In this document: piece after piece, positions 46,724 through 56,509 of the stretch
How the letters are laid out: each line of letters starts with the position of its first letter
Numbering within the stretch: the stretch's first letter is position 1
From: Crocinitomicaceae bacterium
Lineage (GTDB): Bacteria; Bacteroidota; Bacteroidia; Flavobacteriales_D; Crocinitomicaceae
Reading direction: 5' to 3'
Length of the DNA: 64,000 nt
Assembly (NCBI GenBank): GCA_030830895.1
Contig: JAURMC010000004.1
Span: forward strand, 40,152 to 104,151
Notes under the pieces: model-generated
What the model was told of the DNA's origin: nothing
Database searches by the model: none
What the model saw: the letters and a program-made list of their open reading frames with translations, nothing else
Position numbers and translations under genes: made by a program

Positions 46724-47662
46724 TTATTGTGCGGCTTTAAATTTATGAATTGCTTCGGTAAGCTTTGGAATTACTTCGAAGGCATCACCCACTACCCCAT
46801 AGTCGGCGGCTTTAAAAAATGGTGCTTCCGAATCTGTATTTATTACCACAATAACTTTGGAACCATTGACGCCAGCTAAATGCTGAATAGCACCAGAAAT
46901 CCCAATGGCAATATATAAGTTTGGGCGTATAGCAACTCCTGTTTGCCCTACATGTTCATGGTGAGGTCTCCATCCAATATCAGCCACTGGTCGTGAACAA
47001 GCCGTTGCAGCACCTAAAGAGTTAGCTAAGGATTCAATCATTCCCCAATGTTCAGGGCCTTTTAAACCACGACCAGCAGAAACCACCAATTCCGCCTCCG
47101 GCAAAGGGATGGCTCCTTCGGGCTTTTTAACCGAAATAACTCGTACTTTATTTGCCCCCACTTCTTCATTGATTTCAGTAACCCCACAGTGGGTTCCAGT
47201 TTCTTCTGGAGCAATACTATTAGGTAATAAAGAAATAATTCGTTGTGTAGAATGTGTCTTTACAAATCCGAATGCTTTTCCTGAGAAAACATTCACTTTA
47301 ACCGATCCATCAGCCTCAGGAAGTGATACTGCACCTGCAATTAATCCGGCCTTGAGGCGCACCGAAAGGCGTGGAGCAATCGCTTTTCCTTGAAAGTCAT
47401 GACTAAAAATGATATTATTTGCATCAGGTGCTTTAGACGCAATCCAAGCAGCGATTTGCTGATCATCGTTACCAGTGATTCCCCGATTAATAATAACCTC
47501 CTTCGCGCCATAGTTTCCGAGAGACGATAATAAAGATGACTCCATATTTCCTGAAGCTAACACGGTTATATCCCCTCCCAGTTTCTTCGCATAGGTGACC
47601 ACTTCAAAAGCCGCTTTATTCAGGTGGCTATTCCCATTTATATATACTAGGTTTTTCATCAT
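46724..47662 (-). CDS. etfA: Electron transfer flavoprotein subunit alpha (FixB family)
   Basis: C-terminal FAD-binding block RPNLYIAIGISGAIQHLAGV...VVINTDSEAPFFKAADYGVVGD. Confidence 0.93.
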   Translation of the reverse strand: MMKNLVYINGNSHLNKAAFEVVTYAKKLGGDITVLASGNMESSLLSSLGNYGAKEVIINRGITGNDDQQIAAWIASKAPDANNIIFSHDFQGKAIAPRLSVRLKAGLIAGAVSLPEADGSVKVNVFSGKAFGFVKTHSTQRIISLLPNSIAPEETGTHCGVTEINEEVGANKVRVISVKKPEGAIPLPEAELVVSAGRGLKGPEHWGMIESLANSLGAATACSRPVADIGWRPHHEHVGQTGVAIRPNLYIAIGISGAIQHLAGVNGSKVIVVINTDSEAPFFKAADYGVVGDAFEVIPKLTEAIHKFKAAQ

Positions 47663-48402
47663 TAAATTACTTTTGCTTCGCTGTGTAACAAGGATACGAG
47701 TTCATCCATATTGTTTGGATCAATTAGTTTCACACTAGACTTTGCTTGCGGACTAGCAAATGACACATAACTAGTTAAGGTTTCAGTAACTGTAGGAGGC
47801 AACACATGCAGAGGTTTCGTTCGTGCGGCCATTATACCTCTCATATTAGGAATACGTTGTTCGGCCATTCCTTTTGCACAAGAAACAACGGCAGGAAGCC
47901 CCACTTCGACCTCTTCAACGCCGCCGATAATTTCGCGTTCCAAAGTCAATGTGGAACCATTCACGTCTAGTTTAGAAGCGATAGAGACATATGGTAAGTT
48001 TAGTCCTTCCGCAATCATTCCACCAATTTGAGATCCGTTGAAATTAATCGTTTCTTTTCCGGTTAATACTAAATCAAAACCTTGATTTTTTGCGTAATTT
48101 GAGATCTCCGAGGCTACCATATATGCATCGACAGGATCGGCATCAATACGGATAGCTTCATCTGCGCCAATAGCTAAAGCTTTACGCATAATGGCTTCAT
48201 CTTCCGCTCGTCCAACCGTAATAATTGTTACATCAGCACCTGAAGTTTCTTTGATTTCTAAAGCTCGCACTAGGGCATACCATTCATCGTACGGATTAAC
48301 GATATATTGAACGCCATTTTCATCAAAGGTGCTATTGTTGTTAGTAAACGCAATTTTTGAAGTGGTATCAGGCGCTTTACTTATACAAACAAGGATTTTC
48401 AT
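47662..48402 (-). CDS. etfB: Electron transfer flavoprotein subunit beta (FixA family)
   Basis: MKILVCISKAPDTTSKI..., NPYDEWYALVRALEIKE and DLVLTGKETINFNGSQIGGMIAE. Confidence 0.93.
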   Translation of the reverse strand: MKILVCISKAPDTTSKIAFTNNNSTFDENGVQYIVNPYDEWYALVRALEIKETSGADVTIITVGRAEDEAIMRKALAIGADEAIRIDADPVDAYMVASEISNYAKNQGFDLVLTGKETINFNGSQIGGMIAEGLNLPYVSIASKLDVNGSTLTLEREIIGGVEEVEVGLPAVVSCAKGMAEQRIPNMRGIMAARTKPLHVLPPTVTETLTSYVSFASPQAKSSVKLIDPNNMDELVSLLHSEAKVI

Positions 48403-48475
48403 AAGAATTAATTTTGCTTCACAAAGTTAAGGAAATATTACTGATTCAAGGGCACTTTTAAGAATAAATCGCGCT

Positions 48476-49387
48476 TCAAAAAAGGCTTATTGCAAAGCAC
48501 ATGATTGATGCCAAAAAGGTGCTTAATGCTACCTTTTTTAATTCCGGATCAAAGGATTTCGCTTCTTGTATGGCTGACACATTATTGAGATGTTTTACTA
48601 TGATTAGCATCGGAAGTCCTGCCAATCCTATGAGATAGCTATGAGTCTCATTGGAAATACGAAAAAGTAAGATTACCCAAGCAACACAACCAAGCATTGC
48701 CAAAAAGTAATGGTATCGTTTTGCCTGAGCTGCTCCTAAAATCACAACAAGTGTTCTTTTTCCCGATTTTTCATCATTATCTATATCTCGCATATTATTT
48801 AAATTCAACACCATGGAACTCCAAGCGCCAATGGCCAAAGCCCCAAAAATTTCATTGTATGTGAATGTAGAATCAAATAGGTGTTTTGTTCCACTAACAG
48901 CGACAACACCAAAGAACAAGAAAACCATTACGTCTCCGAAACCATGATAACCATAAGCCTTTCTACCAACAGTATAGGTGATCGCTGATAGCACACAAAG
49001 TGCAGCGAGGAGGATGTAAAATATAATTCCGGATGTGGTTTGAATGGCAGGAGCGGAGTAAATAAGTAATCCAGAGGACAACATACTTAAAATACCTAAT
49101 GCAATAACACCAAAAGTCATTTGCCGCATCGAGATTTTGCCGGATTGTATTGCCCTTGTAGGGCCAATTCGTTGAGCATTGTCAGTGCCTTTCATTCCAT
49201 CACCAAGGTCATTTGCGAGATTAGATAGTACTTGAAAGCAAATTGTAGTGAATAGACAAGCAAAAGCTGTCAATGAAGTCTTAGCTCCTTGGGCATTTGA
49301 TAAGGTTAATCCGACCAATATTCCAGAAAGTGAGAGTGGTAAGGTGCGCGGTCTTACGGCGCTTATCCATGCGCTCAGTGTACTCAT
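48476..49387 (-). CDS. menA: 1,4-dihydroxy-2-naphthoate polyprenyltransferase (UbiA family)
   Basis: WISAVRPRTLPLSLSGILVG, NDLGDGMKGTD Asp-rich motif and the second motif NNMRDIDNDEKSGKRTL. Confidence 0.88.
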   Translation of the reverse strand: MSTLSAWISAVRPRTLPLSLSGILVGLTLSNAQGAKTSLTAFACLFTTICFQVLSNLANDLGDGMKGTDNAQRIGPTRAIQSGKISMRQMTFGVIALGILSMLSSGLLIYSAPAIQTTSGIIFYILLAALCVLSAITYTVGRKAYGYHGFGDVMVFLFFGVVAVSGTKHLFDSTFTYNEIFGALAIGAWSSMVLNLNNMRDIDNDEKSGKRTLVVILGAAQAKRYHYFLAMLGCVAWVILLFRISNETHSYLIGLAGLPMLIIVKHLNNVSAIQEAKSFDPELKKVALSTFLASIMCFAISLF

Positions 49388-49460
49388 TCCTCAAAGGTAC
49401 AAATTACGGTAGTTCTTAGAAAGAATAATTAATTTTATAAAACCTTACCTTGAATAAAAG

Positions 49461-49487
49461 AAAACCCATTGATGGCAATGGGTTTCT
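49461..49487 (-). terminator. Rho-independent terminator downstream of tRNA-Pro
   Basis: 9-bp stem AACCCATTG (49463-49471) / CAATGGGTT (49476-49484) with a 4-nt loop. On the minus strand it is followed by TTCTTTTATT. Confidence 0.7.
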
Positions 49488-49496
49488 AGTGGTTCG

Positions 49497-49570
49497 TCGG
49501 GATGACAGGATTTGAACCTGCGACCACACGCCCCCCAGACGTGTACGCTACCGGACTGCGCTACATCCCG
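49497..49570 (-). tRNA. tRNA-Pro (anticodon GGG)
   Basis: Reverse complement reads CGGGATGTAGCGCAGTCCGGTAGCGTACACGTCTGGGGGGCGTGTGGTCGCAGGTTCAAATCCTGTCATCCCGA. 7-bp acceptor stem CGGGATG/CATCCCG and T-loop GGTTCAAATCC. Anticodon stem CACGT/GCGTG with loop CTGGGGG. CCA is not encoded. Confidence 0.9.
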
Positions 49571-49650
49571 ATTGACACAAAAATATATAATTCTAATTTC
49601 ATGAACAAAAGATTCATTGTAACCAAATAAAGCTTAAGCATTATTGAAGG

Positions 49651-50445
49651 ATGAGGTACTTGTTTTTTTTGTTTTGTGTGGTGAACCTAACTATTTACGC
49701 ACAACGCGATTTTATTCAAATTGATACCTTATCTTGGTCAATTAAGAATTTAGATGTTACCACTTTTAGGAATGGTGACGAAATTCGTAATGCCAAATCA
49801 CGCGAAGAGTGGATTGAATGCCTTCAAAACGGAATTCCAGCCTATTGTGATTATCGAAATGATACCACACTAGGAAAAATTTATGGTCATCTCTATAATT
49901 GGTTCGCCATTGCTGACCCTCGGGGCCTAGCTCCTAAAAGAGCTCGTGTTTCAAATAACAGGGATTGGAGTGGATTATATATATATACGAATTTAGGGGT
50001 GGATAACTGGGCTAATATGGGATTGGTTGGACAACGTCTTCGCAGTGAGGAAGGCTGGAAGCTTGCAACACCCGGAGAGAATTATTTTCAATTTAATCTT
50101 TTGCCCGGTGGTTATCGAAATGAAAATGGACAGTTTGAGGGATTGGGTGTGGAAACGGCATTTTGGGTCAGAGATACTATGTCATATGGCGTAGTTTCTA
50201 AAGGGAATGCTCTACTGTCGCCTTTTGCTCTTATCCATGGATTGAAGCAAGACATACTTTTTACGAATGATGGAAAGAAAACTGGTTGTTATGTTAGACT
50301 GGTAATAGGAGAAGAGTATGGATTAGCTTCCAATGTTCCAAAACGAAATGATGACGATTTTATTAATAGCTTCGATCCAAATGCGTTGGAATTTGAGCGT
50401 CAAACAAAGCAATCGAACCGTAAAAAACGTCGGAGTAAATCTTAA
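49651..50445 (+). CDS. FISUMP (Fibrobacter succinogenes major paralogous) domain protein
   Basis: Signal peptide. WSIKNLDVTTFRNGD...GHLYNWFA...LLPGGYRN are hallmark TIGR02145-type motifs. Basic C-terminal tail RKKRRSKS. Confidence 0.75.
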   Translation: MRYLFFLFCVVNLTIYAQRDFIQIDTLSWSIKNLDVTTFRNGDEIRNAKSREEWIECLQNGIPAYCDYRNDTTLGKIYGHLYNWFAIADPRGLAPKRARVSNNRDWSGLYIYTNLGVDNWANMGLVGQRLRSEEGWKLATPGENYFQFNLLPGGYRNENGQFEGLGVETAFWVRDTMSYGVVSKGNALLSPFALIHGLKQDILFTNDGKKTGCYVRLVIGEEYGLASNVPKRNDDDFINSFDPNALEFERQTKQSNRKKRRSKS

Positions 50446-50488
50446 TTATTCTTTTTTTGAATTACTTTTGATCTACTAAATTCATTTC

Positions 50489-51328
50489 ATGCGAAAAAGC
50501 CTATTTATTCCGTTTGTCAGTTTGTTTTTTGTTGCATGTAACACGAAAAATACAATGACTTCCGAAGCTGAATCACCAAAAACTCCCGTTAAAGATAGCT
50601 TGGCCGTTGACCCTCCAAAAATAATTTCTTCAGGTTTAATTTTGATCCCATTCAAGTTTTCTGATAAGAATTGTGACTTAGTGGTGCCAGAAGACATGGA
50701 GCTTGATGAAGGTTGGTGCAATTCGCGCGAAATTAATGGCTTGAGGGTATCCTTAACCGATGCGGCAATTGCCCAGAAAATTAATTATTTAATATGTAAA
50801 GAGATTTCTGGGAAGCCAGGGAACTTGAATACGTTAAAGAAATTTGTTTCTGAAATAAGTAGTTTAAACAATGAAGAAGGTGATATGGAGTATATTCAAG
50901 ACGAATATACTTGTTCACTGATTGACTCTTCCAATACTTATTTAAGCATGGGAATTAGTTCTTATTTTTATGCCATGGGGTCAGCTCATGGTCAACCTGG
51001 AATTCAAGTTCTCAATGTGGATCTGAAATCGGGAAAGAAAATTGTGCTTTCCGATTTATTTGTTAACAATTATCGTCCGACTTTAAAAGCGTTCGCAAAA
51101 CGCAAGTTTTTGGAACAAAACGGAAATGGGGATTGGTGGTTTATTACTGGTGAACAGGTTTTTGATCTTCCCGAAACGTTTGCAATTTCGCGTAAAGGGA
51201 TCACCTTTACTTATCAACCATATGAAATAGGTCCATATGCAGCTGGTGCTCCTGAGATTTTTCTTAGTAAAAGAGATTTATCAAAATGGCTTAGAGAAAA
51301 TCCGTATTTGATTCCTTTACAGAATTAA
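50489..51328 (+). CDS. DUF3298/DUF4163 (RsiV-like) domain lipoprotein
   Basis: Lipobox LFFVACN. C-terminal FAISRKGITFTYQPYEIGPYAAGAPEIFLS is typical of DUF3298. Confidence 0.75.
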   Translation: MRKSLFIPFVSLFFVACNTKNTMTSEAESPKTPVKDSLAVDPPKIISSGLILIPFKFSDKNCDLVVPEDMELDEGWCNSREINGLRVSLTDAAIAQKINYLICKEISGKPGNLNTLKKFVSEISSLNNEEGDMEYIQDEYTCSLIDSSNTYLSMGISSYFYAMGSAHGQPGIQVLNVDLKSGKKIVLSDLFVNNYRPTLKAFAKRKFLEQNGNGDWWFITGEQVFDLPETFAISRKGITFTYQPYEIGPYAAGAPEIFLSKRDLSKWLRENPYLIPLQN

Positions 51329-52182
51329 TAACTGCTTGATGCCCCTCCAATATGTTCAATCGGGTGCCAAGTGGTTTTTACTTCTTGTAAATCAGTAATA
51401 TTCTGTAATCCGTGTTCAGTTCCTGGTTGATAGGTGATGTTTCGTTTTAAATTCTCTATACATGCCAGAGCAATTGGTTTGTCTAACCCTCCCAATGATT
51501 CCTTAACGAGGGCATTTATATCCATGTGTGAAGCTAATGCAGGGGCTAATTCCGACAACTTCCCGGTAAGTATATTCACCACGCCTCCAGGTACATCCGA
51601 TGAATGAATAACTTCCGCAAGCGTTACCGCACACAGGGGTAATTCTTCGGAAGCAACGACCACCGCTGTGTTCCCACCGCAAATCGCTGAGGCAATAAAT
51701 TTAACTACGCCAATGAGTGAAGTTTCTTGAGCAGCAATAATTCCAATAACCCCCATTGGCTCCAAGGCAGAAAAATTAAAATGAGAGGAACTCACTGGAT
51801 TTACCGTACTTGAAATTTGTTGGAATTTATCAGCCCATCCTGCGTAATATACCAAGCAGTCGATTGCTGCTTGTACCTCCCTGGCCGCTTTCTCTTTGGA
51901 TGAACCTTGTTTTTTTAATTCCTCCAAAAACTGTAATTTTCTACCTTCCAATATTTCTGCCATTCTGTACAAAATTTGGCCACGATTAAAGGCAGTTTTT
52001 TCCGACCATCCGCCAAAAGCTTTTCGAGCTGCAACCACCGCATTTCTAACATCTTTTCTTGAAGAAAGGCTTACGTTGGCTATCGTATTACCCTTGGCAT
52101 CAAGTAAGGGATAATATCTCCCAGACTCTGTCCTTGGAAAGGATCCTCCGATGTAAATTTTATAGGTTTTCAAAACTTCCAT
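51325..52182 (-). CDS. Aldehyde dehydrogenase-like protein lacking the catalytic domain (285 aa)
   Basis: Aligns with the neighbouring ALDH through YYAGWADK and GGNTAVVVASE...VPGGVVNILTG. It then jumps to an ALDH C-terminal tail (LQEVKTTW). No GxxCxAxSR cysteine loop is present. WNFP is AQET and KPAE is ASEE. Confidence 0.7.
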   Translation of the reverse strand: MEVLKTYKIYIGGSFPRTESGRYYPLLDAKGNTIANVSLSSRKDVRNAVVAARKAFGGWSEKTAFNRGQILYRMAEILEGRKLQFLEELKKQGSSKEKAAREVQAAIDCLVYYAGWADKFQQISSTVNPVSSSHFNFSALEPMGVIGIIAAQETSLIGVVKFIASAICGGNTAVVVASEELPLCAVTLAEVIHSSDVPGGVVNILTGKLSELAPALASHMDINALVKESLGGLDKPIALACIENLKRNITYQPGTEHGLQNITDLQEVKTTWHPIEHIGGASSSY

Positions 52183-52229
52183 GACTTATATTCTTGTTCG
52201 CTTTTATCATTCATTAAATACATTGAAAT

Positions 52230-53690
52230 TTATTTCAAATAAGCACTCAATCCATGCAGGCCGCCTTCCCGACCAAATCCACTCTCTTTATATCCCCCAA
52301 ATGGAGAAACAGGATCAAATTTGTTGTAGGTATTAGCCCAAACGACTCCTGCACGCAGTTTAGTAGTTAGATTAAAAATTCTAGACCCTTTATCTGTCCA
52401 TACCCCAGCAGCTAAACCATACGGAGTGTTATTAGCTTTTTGGATTACCTCATCAATCGTTCTGAATGTTTGAATGGTTAAAACTGGACCGAATATTTCC
52501 TCTTGTGCAATAACATGGGATTGCGATACCCCGGTAAATATAGTTGGTTTGCAAAAGTATCCCCTACTAGGAATGGAACACTCACTTTGATAAATTTCTG
52601 CTCCTTCAGCTTTACCAATTTTAATATACTTATTAATTGTATCCAACTGCTCTTTAGAGTTTATTGCACCAATGTCAGTGTTTTTGTCTAATGGATCCCC
52701 AACATACAAGCTTTCCATTCGAGATTTCAATTTTTTAATAACTAAATCGGCAACATTTTCTTGAACAAATAACCGGGATCCCGCACAGCATACATGGCCT
52801 TGATTAAAGAAAATACCATTAATTATTCCTTCAACTGCTTGATCAATAGGGGCATCGTCTAAAATAATATTGGCAGATTTACCGCCTAATTCTAAGGTTG
52901 TTTTTTTATGGGTTCCCACTACCGCTCTCTGAATTATTTTCCCAACATGTGTTGATCCCGTAAACGCAATTTTATCAACATCATGGTGATTCACGATAGC
53001 AGCACCGGTATCCCCAAAACCTGTAACAATATTCACCACTCCAGCTGGAAGTCCGGAATCTTTGATGATTTCTGCTAATTTAAGAGCTGTTAGCGAGGTG
53101 GTTTCAGCAGGCTTGAGAACTACTGTATTTCCAGCGGCTAACGCTGGAGCGATTTTCCAAGCTGCCATCAGCAAAGGAAAGTTCCATGGAATTATTTGTC
53201 CTGCAACACCAAGGGCTTCAGGTATTTTATGAGGGAAGGCATATTCGAGTTTATCAGCCCAACCAGCATAGTAGAAGAAATGATTACATGCCAAAGGCAC
53301 ATCAACATCCCTGGATTCCCTAATGGGTTTCCCACAATCCAATGATTCAATGACTGCAAATTCACGAGCCCGTTCTTGCATCATGCGAGCTATTCGAAAA
53401 ATGTATTTTCCTCGTTCTATCCCAGACATTTTCGACCACACCTCCTTGTACGCTTTTCTTGCTGACTTTACTGCACGATCAACGTCTGCTTCATTCGCCC
53501 AAGCAATTTCCGCTAAGGTTTCCTCCGTTGCCGGATTAATGGATGGAAAATATTTTTTTGAACTGGGTTCAACCCATTCATTATTGATGAATAATTGATA
53601 TTTTTTTTCTAATCGGATATGTGATGTGCTCTCAGGAGCAGGAGCATAAGTCCAATCAGTCTGCATTTGTGTTGGATTTTTTTTAGCCAT
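52230..53690 (-). CDS. NAD(P)-dependent aldehyde dehydrogenase
   Basis: 486 aa with IIPWNFP, VVLKPAE, FTGSTHVGK, LELGGKS (catalytic Glu) and NQGHVCCAGSR (catalytic Cys). Confidence 0.92.
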   Translation of the reverse strand: MAKKNPTQMQTDWTYAPAPESTSHIRLEKKYQLFINNEWVEPSSKKYFPSINPATEETLAEIAWANEADVDRAVKSARKAYKEVWSKMSGIERGKYIFRIARMMQERAREFAVIESLDCGKPIRESRDVDVPLACNHFFYYAGWADKLEYAFPHKIPEALGVAGQIIPWNFPLLMAAWKIAPALAAGNTVVLKPAETTSLTALKLAEIIKDSGLPAGVVNIVTGFGDTGAAIVNHHDVDKIAFTGSTHVGKIIQRAVVGTHKKTTLELGGKSANIILDDAPIDQAVEGIINGIFFNQGHVCCAGSRLFVQENVADLVIKKLKSRMESLYVGDPLDKNTDIGAINSKEQLDTINKYIKIGKAEGAEIYQSECSIPSRGYFCKPTIFTGVSQSHVIAQEEIFGPVLTIQTFRTIDEVIQKANNTPYGLAAGVWTDKGSRIFNLTTKLRAGVVWANTYNKFDPVSPFGGYKESGFGREGGLHGLSAYLK

Positions 53691-53693
53691 AAG

Positions 53694-54629
53694 TTAGTCG
53701 ATTGAAAAATAATCTGGGGATTGATATAATCCGCTTTCTGTTTTCATAAGTTGCATTAAGACATCATTTGCTAGGCTACTTGCTCCAAACCTAAACCAAT
53801 CGTTACTTAGCCATTGGTTACCTAAAATTTCTTTAACCATTACTAAATTATGTAAGGCAAGTTTCGCAGTTGAAATCCCTCCTGCAGGTTTCATTCCTAT
53901 CATTTTTCCCGTTTGATCATAATAATCTTTGATAGCCATTAACATGGTATAGGTCACTTGCATTGTGGCAGCAGGTTGAATTTTCCCTGTAGAGGTTTTT
54001 ATAAAATCTGCCCCTGCATGGATAGCAATATCACTGGCAATACGAACATTATCTAGTGTACACAATTCTCCGGTTTCCAATATAACTTTGAGCCTCGCCT
54101 TGCCACAAGCTTCTTTAATTGCCGCAATTTCGTCAAAAACAAAACCATATTCTCCCGCTAAAAATTGACCACGTGAAATAACCATATCGATTTCATCCGC
54201 ACCTTGTTCAACGGCATATTTCGTATCCGAAATTTTGATCTCTCGAGTGGATTGTCCTGAGGGAAATGCTGTAGATACAGAAGCGACTTTTACCGGTGAA
54301 TTTCCAAGAGCTTTCCTCGCTACGGAAACCATTGATGGATAAACGCAAACAGCTGCAACAGTAGGTAATCCGGGATAAACGTCGTGTAAATGTTGCGCTT
54401 TATAACACATTTGTTGCACCTTGCCCGGAGTGTCTTTTCCTTCTAAAGTGGTAAGGTCAATCATATTAAGCACCATTAGAAGCCCTTGTTTTTTAGCTTC
54501 ATTTTTTATGCTCCTAGTTTGAAATCGAGCTACACGCTCTTCAACGCCGACTTTGTCAACACGGGAATTCGCGTGAATTAGGGTTGGATTGTAGGATTTT
54601 TTCACTGCGTAATTTTGTGATTCAACCAA
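53694..54629 (-). CDS. deoC: Deoxyribose-phosphate aldolase (long, DERA-type)
   Basis: 311 aa with MIDLTTLEG, EIDMVI, FIKTSTGK (Schiff-base lysine context) and MKPAGGI. Confidence 0.88.
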   Translation of the reverse strand: MVESQNYAVKKSYNPTLIHANSRVDKVGVEERVARFQTRSIKNEAKKQGLLMVLNMIDLTTLEGKDTPGKVQQMCYKAQHLHDVYPGLPTVAAVCVYPSMVSVARKALGNSPVKVASVSTAFPSGQSTREIKISDTKYAVEQGADEIDMVISRGQFLAGEYGFVFDEIAAIKEACGKARLKVILETGELCTLDNVRIASDIAIHAGADFIKTSTGKIQPAATMQVTYTMLMAIKDYYDQTGKMIGMKPAGGISTAKLALHNLVMVKEILGNQWLSNDWFRFGASSLANDVLMQLMKTESGLYQSPDYFSID

Positions 54630-54662
54630 AGTTACGCAAACAAATTGAAAAAGTTCCGATTC

Positions 54663-55016
54663 TTATTCTTCGTCGTCTTCTCCGTCATCATCGTCTGGCT
54701 TATCATATTCATCGTCACCTTCATCGTCTTCCTCTACGTCGTCGTCGTCATTGATATCCGGAACTTTATCAAAGTCATCATCAAAATCATCATCCTCATC
54801 CTCAACTACAGGTTTAATCTTTGGAGAAACCTTATTGATCTTAACCAGGTAAATTACTTCATCCGTTTCCCACATTAGCGCGTCGAGAATTTCACCTGTA
54901 GGGGTTTTAATGGATGACAGATGATTAATGTATCCATCTGGGAAATCTTTTAAAATTTGCTTCTTCTGATCAAGCGTTAATTTATCATAACTAATGATGG
55001 ACCTTCTTTTGGACAT
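54663..55016 (-). CDS. Hypothetical protein with a poly-acidic C-terminal tail
   Basis: 117 aa. Globular N-terminal roughly 70 aa (ISYDKLTLDQKKQILKDFPDGYINHLSSIKTPTGE...). About 47-aa tail that is almost entirely D/E (EDEDDDFDDDFD...DDDDVEEDDEGDDEYDKPDDDDGEDDEE). Confidence 0.6.
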   Translation of the reverse strand: MSKRRSIISYDKLTLDQKKQILKDFPDGYINHLSSIKTPTGEILDALMWETDEVIYLVKINKVSPKIKPVVEDEDDDFDDDFDKVPDINDDDDVEEDDEGDDEYDKPDDDDGEDDEE

Positions 55017-55150
55017 AATTTTTCAGTTATTCAACGGGCAAAATTAATTTTTTTGATATACAGCTGTACATTTTTTTCAAGTTTATAAAAAAATAATTTT
55101 CAACGTGTCTTGAATTGACCCATTTCCTGCTTTTCCATTACATTTGTCAA

Positions 55151-56509
55151 ATGGCCAAATCTAAATCCGCTTTTTTCTGTCAATCCTGTGGTTACGAGGC
55201 CCCTAAATGGTTAGGCAAGTGCCCGTCATGTAATGAATGGAACACCTTTGTTGAGGAAAGAGTGCTTATTTCCAAAAACAATCCTCAACCGTTCGCACGT
55301 CAAAAAAGTGATCATATACCTATATTATTGCAAGATATTAAGCAAACGGATACCACACGTATCACTTTAAAGGATGTGGAATTGAATCGGGTTTTGGGTG
55401 GGGGATTGGTTAAAGGGGAAATTATTTTAATAGGAGGTGATCCAGGAATTGGAAAGTCAACACTATTGCTACAAATGGCGATAAAAGAGCACCTCTCAGT
55501 GTTATATGTTTCCGGTGAAGAAAGCGAACAGCAAATTAAAATGCGGGCGCAGCGTATTGGAATTGAAAATCCAAAATGTCAATTATTGATAGAAACAGAT
55601 GTTGGTCAAATCATTAAACATGGGGAAAAATCACATCCAGATGTTATGATTATTGATTCGATTCAAACATTGTTTACTTCGCATGTTGAGAGTGCACCTG
55701 GCAGCGTAAGTCAAGTAAGAGAGAGTACAGCAATGTTGTTGCGATTTGCTAAAGAAATGGAAATACCCGTTTTTTTAATTGGTCATATCACAAAAGAAGG
55801 AACGATTGCCGGCCCAAAAGTATTAGAGCATATGGTAGATGCGGTATTACAGTTTGAAGGAGATCGAAACCATTTTTATCGCCTGTTACGATCAGTTAAA
55901 AACCGATTTGGGTCTACGAATGAATTGGGGATTTATGAAATGCAAGGAAACGGCTTGCGTATGGTCGAAAACCCTTCTGAAATATTAATCTCCAATACCG
56001 ATGGCACCCTAAGTGGCTCATGCATAGCTACAACCATTGAAGGCCTTCGTCCCTTGCAGGTTGAGGTACAAGCCCTAGTGAGTACAGCGGCCTATGGCAC
56101 CCCTCAACGTTCATCCAATGGGTATGACGCAAAACGTTTGAATATGCTTCTTGCTGTATTGGAAAAACGGTGCGCCTTTCGTTTGGCTTCAAAAGATGTT
56201 TTTCTTAACATAGCAGGTGGAATTAAAGTGGATGATCCGGCCGTTGATTTAGCGGTCATAATTGCCGTTTTATCCTCAAATGCCGAATTAGCCGTTTCAC
56301 GGTCGTATACCTTTGCTGCTGAGGTGGGACTTTCAGGAGAAATCCGTCCTGTCAATCGAATTGAAACAAGAATTTCTGAAGCGCAAAAACTAGGTTATAC
56401 GCATATCTTTATTTCATCTTACAATAAAGGGTTGAAACCGAAGGATTATCAAATTGAAGTGATTCAAGCGAAAAAAATAGAAGATATTGTAAAGTTTGTA
56501 TTTGGATAA
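55151..56509 (+). CDS. radA: DNA repair protein RadA (Sms)
   Basis: Zn-finger FFCQSCGYEAPKWLGKCPSC, Walker A GGDPGIGKST, KNRFG motif and a Lon-protease-like C-domain. Start at the Met at 55151 (MAKSKSAFF). Confidence 0.95.
   Translation: MAKSKSAFFCQSCGYEAPKWLGKCPSCNEWNTFVEERVLISKNNPQPFARQKSDHIPILLQDIKQTDTTRITLKDVELNRVLGGGLVKGEIILIGGDPGIGKSTLLLQMAIKEHLSVLYVSGEESEQQIKMRAQRIGIENPKCQLLIETDVGQIIKHGEKSHPDVMIIDSIQTLFTSHVESAPGSVSQVRESTAMLLRFAKEMEIPVFLIGHITKEGTIAGPKVLEHMVDAVLQFEGDRNHFYRLLRSVKNRFGSTNELGIYEMQGNGLRMVENPSEILISNTDGTLSGSCIATTIEGLRPLQVEVQALVSTAAYGTPQRSSNGYDAKRLNMLLAVLEKRCAFRLASKDVFLNIAGGIKVDDPAVDLAVIIAVLSSNAELAVSRSYTFAAEVGLSGEIRPVNRIETRISEAQKLGYTHIFISSYNKGLKPKDYQIEVIQAKKIEDIVKFVFG

Noticed and set aside
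54663-54800. GAT/GAC/GAA-rich repetitive DNA, considered as a tandem repeat or satellite.
   Set aside because: It is the coding sequence of the poly-Asp/Glu tail. It has no exact repeating DNA unit, only codon-level low complexity.
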